From NCBI GenBank assembly GCA_963693365.1, contig CAVNZM010000001.1, forward strand, positions 14,432,418 through 14,496,417: a stretch of DNA of 64,000 bases. The letters run 5' to 3'. This DNA comes from Amoebidium appalachense. Its lineage: Eukaryota; Protista; Ichthyosporea. The position numbers and the translations under genes are program-made. This document shows, piece after piece, positions 28,289 to 41,317 of this stretch. Numbering within the stretch: the first letter of the stretch is position 1; the number at the start of each line of letters is the position of its first letter. Below the pieces are notes generated by a model, which saw only the letters and a list, made by a program, of their open reading frames with translations, was not told the DNA's origin and made no database searches.

Positions 28289-28893
28289 ACACGTCCCTTT
28301 GTTGCAGACGGTGAGTTTTCCGGTAAAAAAAAAGAGAAAAAAGTAAAGTAGGGTATTCCTTGGACTTCAATTCAGAGTGTTTTCGGGCCAATTCTGGCGA
28401 GGGAATGAGGTTGTCAAACAGTATGAATATATTTTGACTGTGCCCGATTTAATTAAAACTGGCGGTTGAAAGTTCGCGCTGCCATGCAGAGTCGGGGTTC
28501 GTAAGAATTCAACATGCTTGTCCAAGTGCGCAGTATGTTGGACCCCGTGCGACTCTAGGGAACTAAGAAAAGCATTTACTAATGATTCCTACAGCCTCGT
28601 TGATGTAATCAGAGTCAGCATAGCTACAGTAACTGCTTCACATCCACTGTGCAGGTATGATCAGCCGAACTGATGAATCGAATCAATCAGTATGCAACCA
28701 TACCATTTGAATGCCCTCCTACACAAGTGCATGCCTACTAGCTCTATCACAACCAGAAGTTATAGCCACTCAACATGTGATACATAACAGAAATTCACTT
28801 TTAGGAACTCAAAGCAGCGTCACCTGCTTGAAATCGAGTGAGTCGGACTGTTCCCGGTGCAAGGATCAAGTACTTTGCGGGATCACGGGGAGT

Positions 28894-29045
28894 GAGCCGC
28901 TTCGCGTGGATCTAGATATCTAAATATCTGGATTGATAAATTTACTTATAACACTTCCGCAATCCGATCAATCTGTTAAATTTCTAAAGCATAAAGTCTA
29001 GATTTCGCCGAGTATTTAGATATTTAGATACACGCGAAGCGACTC
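28894..29045. mobile_element. 152-bp MITE with about 33-bp TIRs and a 3-bp AGT target-site duplication
   Basis: Left GAGCCGCTTCGCGTGGATCTAGATATCTAAATA versus reverse complement of right GAGTCGCTTCGCGTGTATCTAAATATCTAAATA. AGT at 28891-28893 and 29046-29048. Confidence 0.8.
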
Positions 29046-30240
29046 AGTGTTTACATGCACGAGGGTATGCGCGGTATGTGCTCGAAAGCTAATCGTGCAT
29101 TCCATATCCTAAAATGGCAGGCTAAACGTGAGCCTAGCGTCATGCGAATACCCGATCACAGCGGTTCGATTCATCAATCGGCTTGGACCCGAATCACTGT
29201 ATCGTATTGCCTGGTACATATAGGTGCGATTATATCAAATCTAGCTTTATCAAAAAACATAAGTATTAGGCAATTTTTAGCTCTTTTCTGTAATTTATAA
29301 TAAAGGCTACCGGTAGCTGATGTACATAAATGTATCATGTGATGCGGTCAGGCCAACTTTCGTGTACTAACCGAAACAGCGGCTCGACTCGGCAGGCCAT
29401 TTTCAGGCAGCCGTTCAGGAAGTTGTGGCTGGCTCGGGAAGTAGCCGAGCGGGTTCGTGAAGTAGGTAGGTAATTGGCTGGTTTAGCCCTTTTTTGGCCC
29501 AGGAAGTGCATTCCGATCATCAGGAATGCGGAAAAACCATTTCCTGAATAACCGGGGATAAACTACAAGTCTCCAACCGCTGGCTTACGTAAGTGGCCGG
29601 GGCCGCCTACGACGCTGCGGCTGGGTCATTCTGACTGTAATGACCAATCAAATCGCTTTTGATGTCATGACCAATCGCAATGCTCACAAGTTTTAAAGCG
29701 ATCATCTAATCTCAATATATAAAAAAAGCCTAGGAAGGCATATCATGTTTTCTTTTTACTAGTAGACTGGGTTGACGTCATTTTGAACCTATCGCCGCTC
29801 GTAAAGCCAGATCCGATTACGCGAGATCAAACCTTGTCTAATTAGTGACTGTCGCCTGCGGGTATGTTAGCCTAGCCGCAGGGAGACAGCACCAGAGTGA
29901 CCAGGGGTGAACTGAGTGACTGGGATCTTCACTCAATTTTCTCCGAGATCGCCTCTAATTGCGATGGTATGCACTGCGTGCCATATGCACTGCATGAGTC
30001 ATATTCATCAGAGGCACAACCATGGTGTGTCACGTGGGCGGCAATCGGACACACGTGTACATATCATCATGTGCGAACACGACTGGGCTGTTCATGCAAG
30101 GACAATTGTGTGTGGTGCGGTGTATTGTACACCATGGTATGGAGTGTTAAACTATTAGGCTACCGTCGTGGTGGGTGATGGAGCACTGTGCAATAAAGAC
30201 CCAGGGCACACACGCGCGCGCGCGCGCGCAAAGGCGTATT

Positions 30241-30650
30241 GTGTACGTACGGTGTCTGCCACCTACTGAGATGGCTCCTTATTACATTCAGCGAACACTG
30301 GACTCTATCGAACCATTGAGGCGCCGCGACAGAAAGCTTGCACGCGGTCGCGAGAGTGTAAGGAAAAATCGCCCGTCTGCAGCGAACGTAAAGTTCATCG
30401 CAGCGCGTGCACACCGTCAGTATGTGTGAGGTACGGTGTCTCACACGTACTGACGGTGTGCACGCGCTGCGATGAACTTTTACGTTCGCTGCAGGCGTTT
30501 CCTTACACTCTAGCTAGATCTCGCGACCGCGTGCATGCTTTCTGTCGCGGCGCCTCGCCTCGAGGTTTGATAGAGTCCAGTGTTCGCTGAATGTGTAAGG
30601 AAAAATAAGGAGCCATCTCAGTAGGTGGCAGGTACGGTGTGTACGTACAC
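30241..30650. repeat. About 410-bp foldback (arms 30256-30430 and 30440-30631) punctuated by three direct copies of GTACGGTGT
   Basis: Arms align in inverted orientation with a few indels. The 9-mer lies at 30247-30255, 30431-30439 and 30632-30640. Confidence 0.9.
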
Positions 30651-30756
30651 ACGTGCACACGCACATGATTGTGCATTCAGAGTACTCATGATCACAAACA
30701 CACCATGACAGGCCATTCGCAATGTTCACACACCGTATGATAAACATGCACCATTT

Positions 30757-30813
<57 letters not shown>

Positions 30814-31951
30814 CACACCAACACACACACACACACACACACACATCCACATGTACACACACACGCACGCACGCACGCACACACGTGTACACACATGTAC
30901 ACAAAAACGTGACACACGCACACACTGACACGCACACATGACACACGCATACACGCACGCACGCAGCTCACGCACGCACGCACAGGCACACGCACACGTC
31001 AGACTATGGCGGTTTTTTTGGACAGAAATTATTCGCGAAAGTCACACACGCGAGTCCGGATGATTCAGGACATTTGTTGGCGAGCCGGGCCCGGTCCTGG
31101 CCCGGCCCGCCGTTCAGTCGCCCCGCCATATGCCGCCAGCCCGGCCCCCCTAGTTAGCCCGCTTTTTCGATCCAGTCCTACCATATATGGTGAACCTTGT
31201 GCCCTTATATGGGTGAGTCCGATCCTGAGATCCAATCAAATAGATTCAAAAAAAGTTACCTTTTTCGGATGCGAATCAGAAAAATGATCCAGAAACGGTT
31301 TGGGCCACCCTCTTGCGTCCCCAGTAACCCGTGGGCCGCGAACAATTTTTACTGGCATTTGACCCAGAACGAATCAGAGCTAACCCAATGGCCGTAGCAG
31401 AAGTCCAACGGTTATCTTCCTCATGCCTTATTAGGCGACATCAAAACACACAATAACCAGAAACACACTAACAACAGCGACAATAATGTACAGGGGATAC
31501 ATAGATTATATAATTTTAAAATAAACTTCCATAAATTATTGATTGTATTAAGTAAATTTTCACTGACATGACAATTGCTCCTATGAAAACCACAGAATGC
31601 ATGGCCGACGACAACTAAGCACCCAACCAGCTGCAGCCACTGGCTGCGATTTATTGCAGCAGATGCAATCCGTGATTCAAGCCATGTGGATTACAACATC
31701 GACACACAGGCCGGCCGTTTTTACACGGCTGGCAACAGAAAAAAATGTTGTGTTTCCGGTGCGCCAGCAAGCAACGTTGGTCTTGTTAAGACCAACGCCT
31801 TGCCTGGCCAATTCGCCCCAGCGGTGTACCAAGTGCCTTATCTATTCTGGCCCCCCTGGTGCTCTACAGGCCGTGAGTTTTGACAGCGCAATGGGTGAGC
31901 CCATCGCCACATACATGGTGACAGTGGTAGGTTTACTATTAACCCACCTGC

Positions 31952-31982
<31 letters not shown>

Positions 31983-32228
31983 ACTACTGTGCCCCCCCCC
32001 CCCCCCCCCGCACACAACACTACCATTTCCGCGCCTCCCCCCCCCCCCCCCCCCCCTCCCCCTTCCCTTCCTCTTTACACCCCCCCCCCCCCCCCCACCC
32101 CCTCCCGCGCCCGGAATAGGAGGGGGTGTGGGGGAAGATATAGTTGGGGCCAATGGGGAATGGTAAATGCGGTGGGGATTAAAAAAAAAGGTTACGGATA
32201 GTGTGTGTGTGTGTGTGTGTGTGTGTAC

Positions 32229-32291
<63 letters not shown>

Positions 32292-32550
32292 TGTCTGTGT
32301 GTATGTAAGAGAGTGTGTGTGTGTTAGTTTGACCGGTTAAAGTGTGTGTCTGTGTGGGTGGGTGTGTGTGCGAGTGTGTGTGTGTGTGAGTGAATGTGTG
32401 TGTGTGTGTGTGTGTGATGTGATGTGTAGGCTATGTATGTGTGTGTGGGTGGGAATAGGAGGGGGTGTGGGGGAAGATATAGTTGGGGCCATTGGGGAAT
32501 GGTAAATGCGGTGGGGATATAAAAAAAGGGTACGGTTAGTGTGTGTGTGT

Positions 32551-32636
<86 letters not shown>

Positions 32637-33275
32637 TGTCGTATCCTATTGTGTATGTACTAGAGACGCGGCACTCTACTAAGTGTACACACACTGAAAG
32701 GAACGAACGTGTAACTGAAAACGGTAAAGTTTATTCAGACCAGGCTCCGACGGGCAAAACTCAGATCCGTACGGAATGAGGCTAAGTTACAACTGAGGCC
32801 ATCAAGGCCGTGCCCTCAAAGATCATTACCACCTGGCCCCCCTACGATGCCACATTCCAAACATTCCGATCTACTTTATCGTGCGCCTGCACGAGCTAAG
32901 TCGATCTACTCAAACTAATATATTTATCCATGTCTCACCCCTCACCCTCCCCCTAGTGGCACCGTAGAGTCTAAATCTACATTTCATACTATCCTCCCCC
33001 CCCCTTCCCTCCCCCCTTTCCTCTACATCGAAATATATAAATACGTTTGGCAACATACACTATCAAACCTTGCCAATACTTACAAAAGGGCTTCTGCCCG
33101 AACAATCACATTCCTAAGTCCTCCTACGATCTATCCTACACACTAATTAGAATTCTATTGGTCGGCTGCTCCAGCTGACGTGGTCCTGCCCTGCGCCGGC
33201 AGAGGCAAGATGCACGCAGCTGTACAGCTATCTTGAGTCCCCGGACTTGATCTTGATGATCTGTGGATCCGGGCC

Positions 33276-33316
<41 letters not shown>

Positions 33317-33367
33317 ATCTCGATCGTAGACTTAGGCTGATCTGCTGAGACGGATTAGTATATGTCA
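32637..33367. mobile_element. Probable solo LTR (731 bp) inserted in a (TG)n tract
   Basis: Starts TGTCGTAT and ends ATATGTCA (TG...CA, 6/8 inverted match). 5-bp TSD TATGT at 32632-32636 and 33368-33372. TATA-like ATATATAAATA near 33033. Confidence 0.65.
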
Positions 33368-33522
33368 TATGTGTGTGTGGGTGTGTCACGGTCTGTGTGT
33401 ATGTAAGAGAGTGTGTGTGTGTTAGTTTGCTTACAGTGTGTGTCTGACAGTGTGTGTGTGAGTGTGTGCCAGTGTGTGTGTGAGTGAGTGAATGTGTGTG
33501 TGTGTGTGTGTGTGTGTGTGGG

Positions 33523-34101
33523 GGGCGGGTTGGTGCAATGGTAAGATCTCTGCGTGTCAAGCTCAAAGTCGCAGGATCGATCCTGGTTACTTCCGATTTT
33601 TTCTGCCTCGACGGTCCACCGGTCTGGCCGCCCCCTAGAAGCCATCACCCCAGACCACGTCAAAGCAGCACCACCAATTTGTTATCACCCGGCCGTAAGA
33701 CATGACGTCATGAACAGCACCGGCCCTCTGACGTCGACGGCGCGCCGCTTGGGCATCCCGGCCCCACGTTCAAGTGGGAGACCAATCCGAGTCACCGGCC
33801 ACGGTTCGGGTCAGCGTCCTGGGCATGGGGTCTTCCCTTTCAAGTCTTTATGTTTGTGTATGTGTCCCGGGTCGCTCCCGGCTGGTGTTGTTAAAGTGAG
33901 CTGTGCTCATTCCCCACTAGCGTTGCTGCGGCTAGAACCGTGGGATAAGGCGTAACTAAAAATAGTGCCAGTTGGGGTCAATTAGAATCCTGACTTATGA
34001 GTGTGCTATACAGTACGATCTGTGTCTAGGCGGAAGACGGTAAGCTCCCCTGAGGCAGTGCCTCGCCGGGAGTGAAACGGGATAAAATAAAAAAATAAAA
34101 A
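33523..34101 (+). mobile_element. tRNA-derived SINE-like element (about 580 bp) inserted in (TG)n
   Basis: A-box TGGTGCAATGG (33531-33541), B-box GATCGATCC (33575-33583), GTC at the anticodon-equivalent position (tRNA-Asp-like), unique body and A-rich tail 34082-34101. The acceptor stem does not pair, so it is not a functional tRNA. Confidence 0.65.
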
Positions 34102-34383
34102 TGTGTGTGTGTGTGTGCATGTATCACGGTGTGTGTGGTTGAGTCTGTGTGTATGTAAGAGAGTGTGTGTGTGTATTAGTTTGGTTACAGTGTGTGTCTG
34201 TGTGGGTGGGTGTGTGTGCGAGTGTGTGTGTGTGTGTGAGTGAATGTGTGTGTGTGTGTGTGTGATGTGATGTGTAGGCTATGTATGTGTGTGTGGGTGG
34301 GAATAGGAGGGGGTGTGGGGGAAGATATAGTTGGGGCCATTGGGGAATGGTAAATGCGGTGGGGATATAAAAAAAGGGTACGG

Positions 34384-34461
<78 letters not shown>

Positions 34462-34569
34462 TGTGGGTGTGTCTGTGTGTATGTAAGAGAGTGTGTGTGT
34501 GTTAGTTTGGTTACAGTGTGTGTCTGTGTGTGTGTGTGAGTGTGTGCCAGTGTGTGTGTGAGTGAGTGA

Positions 34570-34601
<32 letters not shown>

Positions 34602-34702
34602 ATGTATCACGGTGTGTGTGGTTGAGTCTGTGTGTATGTAAGAGAGTGTGTGTGTGTGTTAGTTTGGTTACAGTGTGTGTCTGTGTGTGTGTGTGTGTGT
34701 GC

Positions 34703-34790
<88 letters not shown>

Positions 34791-35253
34791 TTGTGTGTAT
34801 GTGTGTGTGTTTGTTATTGTGTGTGTGATAGTGTGTGTGTGTGTGTGTATGTGCATGTGTGTGTGTGTTTCCCCTCACCCTCTCCCCTTTGCTTTTTTTC
34901 CCCTTCTCTCTATACCCTTTCACCCACCTATCTGGCCTCACTATATTGTTCCCCCTCCCCACATTATTAGTACTGCCTTCCACACCTATACTCTACAACC
35001 CCCCCCCCCCCCCTCCCCCCCCCCCCCCCCCCTCCCGGCCACACAGAAAACTCACCCACATTATTCACCTTCATTCCCCCCCCCCCCCCCCCCCCCCCCC
35101 CACCCCCCTCTTTTGCCCCCACTACCAGTAGGTAAACAAAAGAAAACACACACACAAAAACAAATTCCCACACACACACACTCACACGTTACACACTCCC
35201 GAACACACACACACACACACACACAATCATACACACACACACTGTTACCAAAT

Positions 35254-35353
<100 letters not shown>

Positions 35354-36061
35354 CAGTAATCTGTTCTTAACCCCACCCCATTACTTATGCCCCAATGCCC
35401 CACAAATATATTTTCCCCCACATCCCTTCCTTTTCAAGTTACTCCCTCCCCCCCCCCCCACCCTTCATTACCTTTGCCATTCACCCCCACCCACGCAACC
35501 CCCAAAACACAAACCTCCCCTACCTTCCCTTTATCACCAATCACTGCAGGAAAATAGCCTGTACCAGGCAGTGGCTGCCAATTGGACGCAGATCACCGAA
35601 GTCATCTCTGCCAAATTCGCCAACGGCAACTTCCTTGCCAATCCACCTGTCCCTGCAATCCCCCCTGCATTCAGTTACCCCATCATTACACCATTACCAA
35701 CGACCAAGACGACTTCAAGAAGGCCACATTTCGCCTGGACCGCAACATGGAGGTTAAGGTCACTCTTCAGGGCGGGCAGACAGACATGAACACCTTTCAA
35801 GATGTTTGCGGGTTCATGTCTGGGCTCACTAACTTCCGGAACCTACCAAATGTTGATATGGCCGCTCAGATTACCGGTATCCGAGTGACACGTATGTATA
35901 TTGCTGAAACCATTCCCTACCCCACTCCCCCACATCCCCCCCCCCCCCCCCCCCCCTCCCCTGTACCCAATCTCTCACCCTTTTGCCCAACCCACCCTTT
36001 ACCCACCCACACGTGAATCCCACCCCCACCAATGCCCATCCCCCACCCCTTTCCCACGGAC

Positions 36062-36092
<31 letters not shown>

Positions 36093-38093
36093 TGGTATCT
36101 GGTATAAAAATATAGTGAGAACTATGACTCTTATTAAAATCGACACAGTGTACTGGGTTCAAATCATGTGCAATTTTTTTTTTTTTTTTTTTTTTTTTTT
36201 GGGTTTCAGGATGCTGGGATGGTTGGTTGGTTCTGTTGAAGAAAAAGGGAGCTCAGGGTGGATCAGTGGGGGAGGGAGAGAGAGACAGGAAGACAGACAG
36301 TGAGAAGAGGAGAGGGGGGGGGGGGGGGGGGGGGATATTACATTAAGGCAAATAACAAACATTTGACCCAAATATTCACAACAGAAAACGTCAAGTACCT
36401 GGAGGAGCGTAAAACACTCAACAAGCAGGTGCCCCCCTGGACACTACACATTGAGACCGACATCATCTCCATGCACCTTTTGTTCAACAGGGACTTGGAC
36501 ATCAACACCACTCCTAAGAAACGCATGCGAAGGGCCCAAAACCTTGACTTCAACAGCTTCCGCAGTGGAAATGGCGCAGGCGACAACAATGGTGCAGGGG
36601 TAGCTTAACATTGGGGTAAAATGGATACACCAACTAGGCAAACTCTGTGACAACATAGGCAATGCAATTGGATATGGAAGAAGGTTGCTGGTACTGTTAA
36701 ACTACTTTAAGGATGGGAGGACAAATAGGACCATCACGGCCATGACTAGAATTAGGTATGCATAGATGTTGTTGTGGTCACCAACCCCTGGTTATGCAGG
36801 CGCATAACGATGCAGGTGCATTATAGGCAAACACTACCAAACACAACACATATGTATTCTTAAGGAAAAACATGTAAGTGATTAGAAGAACAAAGAGTCG
36901 TATAGCACATCGCCACAACAAGTAAAAAGTCGCTGAGAAACTGCCCTTTTGATAATGGTGAACCAGCCACCATACACAGAAACCCCCCTTAAACACTTAC
37001 ACATACATATAGAAGATGATTCAAGTTCACCGAAAATTCACCCAAACAAACAACACCCCCTTGCTCCCCCTTGTTATGCATCCATGCCTGGCCTCCCCAC
37101 CCGGCTCACAGTCTGCATGCCGAAGGCTTATGCGGCCCCAGTGTGTGTGTTGGCGCCGACAATTATTACCATATTAGGGCATAATCCCCTAAAAAGGGAG
37201 TTGATGACTATAACACACAAGACAAGAAATATAATTCGCTTTGCAAGCAAAGCTCATAAATCGGCCGCCCGGTGTCGGGAGAGCCCTAAAATTTTAAAAA
37301 GAGAGTGGGGAGAAAGGGGTGGGAAGGGGGTGAGAAGAGAAAAGTGGGGTGGAGGGGGGGAAGGGAAGGGGGGGGGGGGGGGGGTGAGAGAAAGAGAAAA
37401 GGAAACGAAAAGGGGAGTATAGAGTTTCGGTAGTTATTTAGGAATTTGGGGATATAGAGGGGAGGAGGCGAAGAGGGGAACAGAGGGAGAGAGATAGCAA
37501 ATGAAGTGAGGGAGAGGGAAGAGTGGTGAGGGCATCTTTTTTTTTTTACTGGGGGGAGGGGGGGGGGGGGGATTTGGGGGGGGGGGGGGGGGGGAGGAGT
37601 GTTTAAGAAAAAGAGTGAGCGAGACTTTGATGTTTCGCAAAAATTTTATTGATTTTTGGACGTGAGTAGGGGAAAAACAACATTTTATTGTTTTTTGAAC
37701 GTAAGTAGGAAAAAAAAAAGTTCGTTATATCGTATTATATTATGATCGAAAAATGGAAAAGGGGGATCAGAACTCTTCCCCATCGATTGGGAAGAAAACT
37801 GAGAGAGAAGCAGCGAAGGAGGGGGGGAGGGGGAGGGGGGGGCGCGGGGGGGGGGGGGGGGAGGGGGGGAGGGAGGAGGGGGAGGGTGAAATATTCAAGA
37901 GAAAGAGTCACCCGGTCGTCACGAATATTTTATCGATATGAGGGCGTCTATTATTATAAAACAAAAGATAAAAAAGGATCGGAAACTAAAAAAAGAACCA
38001 AAAAAACCCTCCAAGTTTGTATCATTTTGGTATTTTGTCAATTCGTTGCTCTAGTTGAGTTTACCTAAGCCGTAAACTACTAACATATGGACC

Positions 38094-39185
38094 TTAATCC
38101 TCAAGTTCACCGTTGTTAAATCCTATACCATAGATTTCTTCAGCAACCATATATATCTCTCTTGCTTCACAAACATGCTTTGTTCCCATGAGCATATCTA
38201 CTGCTTTCGCTCTGGTAACCCCTAAAACATTAAAAGCACAGTCAAAATGTTGCCCTGAAACATCATGCCGATAATAAAGATGTCCATCATCTAGTCTGAC
38301 AATGCTAGGCATTCCACTGCGCCTCTGAAAACAAACAGCACTATCTCTTCCACCAGCACTCCACCTTTTGGTTACACATATCCCTTTACTATGTATGCGT
38401 TTATTTTTTTCCCCGTGTTTCAGTTGCCAATAAGAAACCCATGCACAAAAACATTTTTGTCCCTGTGTCTGACTTCCTCCTCTACAGCGCACAAGCGAAA
38501 CATCTTTAACAGGATAACAACACCTTAAGTGTAACTTAAATAGTATACGCCAACATAAAAACTTCCGCAAGCAAACAACACTTTTTCGACAACAAAAAAA
38601 ATCTCCTCTTCGAAATAAACCTATACAAATAGACAGTTGCCGAAGAGTGCTTACTGCTTTTTCAACAAGCATACAAGCCTCACCCAAAACACCAAACACA
38701 CTCAACACAGCAACATCAACATTGCCAAGCATCTGTACCAAAAAATAAACCAGTACTATACAAAGACATACTATACACAAAAAACCTCCCAAACACCAAT
38801 GACATCCATACCGTTTCTTCTCATATTTCGATTTCAGTTCTTTCCAATGAGCACCGCATTCAATACCATTTCTGTTTGTTCCGAACTTTATTTCTTCACC
38901 CGCAGAAAATTCTTGATCAAAAAAACCAAACCACTTTCTAACACCATACAGCATAATTGTCACCACAACAACACATGCCATCTCTGCAAAAACATCCTTC
39001 CATCCCACCACATTTTTTCGCAAACACTCGCCAAGCTGCTGAAAAATACTGTCAGAATTCATCTTCGTTCTTCGACACTCCACACTGTAAATTGTAAATC
39101 CGCTTTGAACTGAACGTTTAGCATGCGTTACCTCTTGTTTTATACCCAACACACTACGAGCGCGGTATGCCGGAGCATTCCGCAA
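38094..39185 (-). CDS. Intronless AT-rich orphan ORF (363 aa from TTG; probable ATG start MNSDSIF about 41 codons in), two or three hydrophobic segments, Cys-rich
   Basis: 1.1-kb open frame free of microsatellites, between the inner inverted repeats. Composition is visibly unlike host exons. Confidence 0.5.
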   Translation of the reverse strand: MRNAPAYRARSVLGIKQEVTHAKRSVQSGFTIYSVECRRTKMNSDSIFQQLGECLRKNVVGWKDVFAEMACVVVVTIMLYGVRKWFGFFDQEFSAGEEIKFGTNRNGIECGAHWKELKSKYEKKRYGCHWCLGGFLCIVCLCIVLVYFLVQMLGNVDVAVLSVFGVLGEACMLVEKAVSTLRQLSICIGLFRRGDFFCCRKSVVCLRKFLCWRILFKLHLRCCYPVKDVSLVRCRGGSQTQGQKCFCAWVSYWQLKHGEKNKRIHSKGICVTKRWSAGGRDSAVCFQRRSGMPSIVRLDDGHLYYRHDVSGQHFDCAFNVLGVTRAKAVDMLMGTKHVCEAREIYMVAEEIYGIGFNNGELED

Positions 39186-39489
39186 ATTGTCAAACGATCA
39201 TTAATTGGCGGAAGACGCTTCGCCTCGGCGGCCGACTCTTCCTAGGTCCAGCTTTGCGCAACTGGTCTTGTGTGTGTTACAGTTATCAACTCCCATTTTA
39301 GGGAATTATGCCCTAATATGGTAACTATTGTCGGCGCCGACACCTGAATCATCCGGACTCGCGTGTGACTTTCGCCAATATTTTTTGTCCAAAAAAACCG
39401 CCATACTTCAGTAGTACGGCAATGACTGGGTTTGCTTGCATGCATTCTGTAGTTGTGTTTTCCTGTGTGTCCTGCCACAACTAGGCCAC

Positions 39490-40450
39490 CTTATTAGCGA
39501 GCTAGAGGCATTTTCTGCGGGTTTTCTAGGGGCCGGGCCCGTGGATATTGTTTTCTCGTTCGGATTTGGTCTGCATATTGCTCATTAAAGGGCTGACTTG
39601 CTTGCTGTGCCCCGGTAGGTTTTGAGGGGGGCCTGTTGGGAAGCAGCAGTAATGATGTCTTCTTGCGGAGTGTGGTCTGGTCAACATCGATGCGTCTGAC
39701 TAGTTGGAGCAAACTAGTTTCACGCATACACGTGTACTTGTACCTTTGCCAGCTGGTGTCCTTTGGTCACTTGTTTTATTTTTCTTACTTCATCGCCTTG
39801 GCTTTTTCGAATTCGGTCACTGGTGGTCATGTAGCCTGTGGCTACACGTTACCTTCATATCAACTGATCAATAAATCCCAGTCAAGAGAAATTTTTTTTC
39901 CCTATTACGATCGCTTGAATCCGCCACTGGCGGCAGCCAAGTCCGACCCTCAAGCTAATTAGCCGCGGTTCTTCAGCGAGGTTTCGCTTGCGCTTTGTAC
40001 CTTTTCTCTGTGGGTTTTCTCAACAAAAAATATAATTCTGTTGTACACAGGGGTATTGCGTGATGTTTTATTCAAACTTTGCTTTCAAAACTGTGGCCCA
40101 AGAGTTCAGGATCTTGACTTTAGAGCTCCCTCTTCGCTCCCTTCCTGACTTCCTCCTACAGCCCGCTCAGCAGGCGGACGTTTCTCTTCAGAGACGTTCT
40201 AGAAGCACCCTAAAGGTGCTTTTGTTTACATAGGGTCCTTTTTAAATTTCGCAACGCCTGCGTTCTAAAGCCACACGTTTGTTACGTGCATGGCACAGAA
40301 CCGCCGTTCTGTAGTCGGTTCCTCCAAGGTTATAACTGGGACCTTACCCTGCACATCATGCAACGAGCACATCCTGTTCATAGAAAGACCCTGCCTTCTC
40401 CGTCGTTTACCGTGAGTGACCTTTTTGTACCATAGGTCGTATTGTGTTAA
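39490..40450 (-). pseudogene. Heavily decayed coding relic, possibly LTR-retrotransposon gag
   Basis: Stop-interrupted protein-like reading: SWATVLKAKFE*, LDWDLLIS*YEG...TEFEKAKAMK...TSLLQLVRRID, followed by a Pro/Gln-rich tail. No RT or integrase seen. Confidence 0.3.
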
Positions 40451-41267
40451 AAGAGGCTAACAGATGCTGTGGCTTCGCCGCACCTTGTGGGGCTTGCGGC
40501 TGTTTTTGGCTGCTTAGCCTTGCAGGCCAGGCTGCCTTGCTGCCCGGCAAATCACATGTTCATGTGTTAGGCCAGCCCAGCCTGCTATGAATAAAGGAGC
40601 CTGCTGTGTACCACACTCAAGCATTGTATTCGAAAATTCATACCGCTGAGTAAACACAAAAGCTACCGGTTTTGCACGGGACACCCATGAGAGACAGCGC
40701 TCGCACTACGCGTACGATCGACCGCCACCGCGACCACCGGTCCGCAAAATCTGCAAGTACCTATGATAAAATCGGTCGATCGGTCGAGAGCCAGATTCCA
40801 AGTCTAGAATTAGACATCAAAATACGTTTTCTAGAACTCGCGACCTTACTACTTTTAACGAGGACTAAAGCTTGTTTTTCACTAGTAAACAGCCTTTGAG
40901 GCATTATGAAAAGTTGTTATAAATATTCTAGGCCTTATATCGACACCTAACCTGTTAGGGTCCTCGGACGGGAACGCGATTGAAAAACAAGAAAAATCGT
41001 TATTTTGGCTTAGAAGACGTAAAAACCTTGTAGCCCAGGGAGATACACATGCACACATACACGTGTGCACACAAGCATCGGTGCCCGTATCGCTCGCCAC
41101 AATAATATATTGATTACTCAATTGCACGATCAAGACACAACACACACACACACACACACACGTACACACACGTACACACACACACATTTTGATTACTCAA
41201 TTGCACGATCAAGACACAACACACACACACACACACACACGCACATGTACACACACACACGCACACG

Positions 41268-41317
<50 letters not shown>

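Noticed and set aside
29615-29881. Possible MITE with CTGCGGCT(G/A)GG ends
   Set aside because: Short imperfect TIR and no TSD.
33523-33595. Functional tRNA-Asp gene
   Set aside because: Acceptor and anticodon stems do not pair properly; treated as a SINE head.
34045-34082. Hammerhead ribozyme (CCTGAGG...GAAAC) in the SINE tail
   Set aside because: The core deviates from CUGANGA and I could not build the flanking stems.
37161-37169. AATTATTAC as a CRESS-virus nonanucleotide origin
   Set aside because: It is not in a stem-loop, the partner repeat reads AATAGTTAC, and no HUH Rep is present.
40661-41035. Possible TIR element (GCTACCGGTTTT / AAAACCTTGTAGC)
   Set aside because: Match too weak and no TSD.
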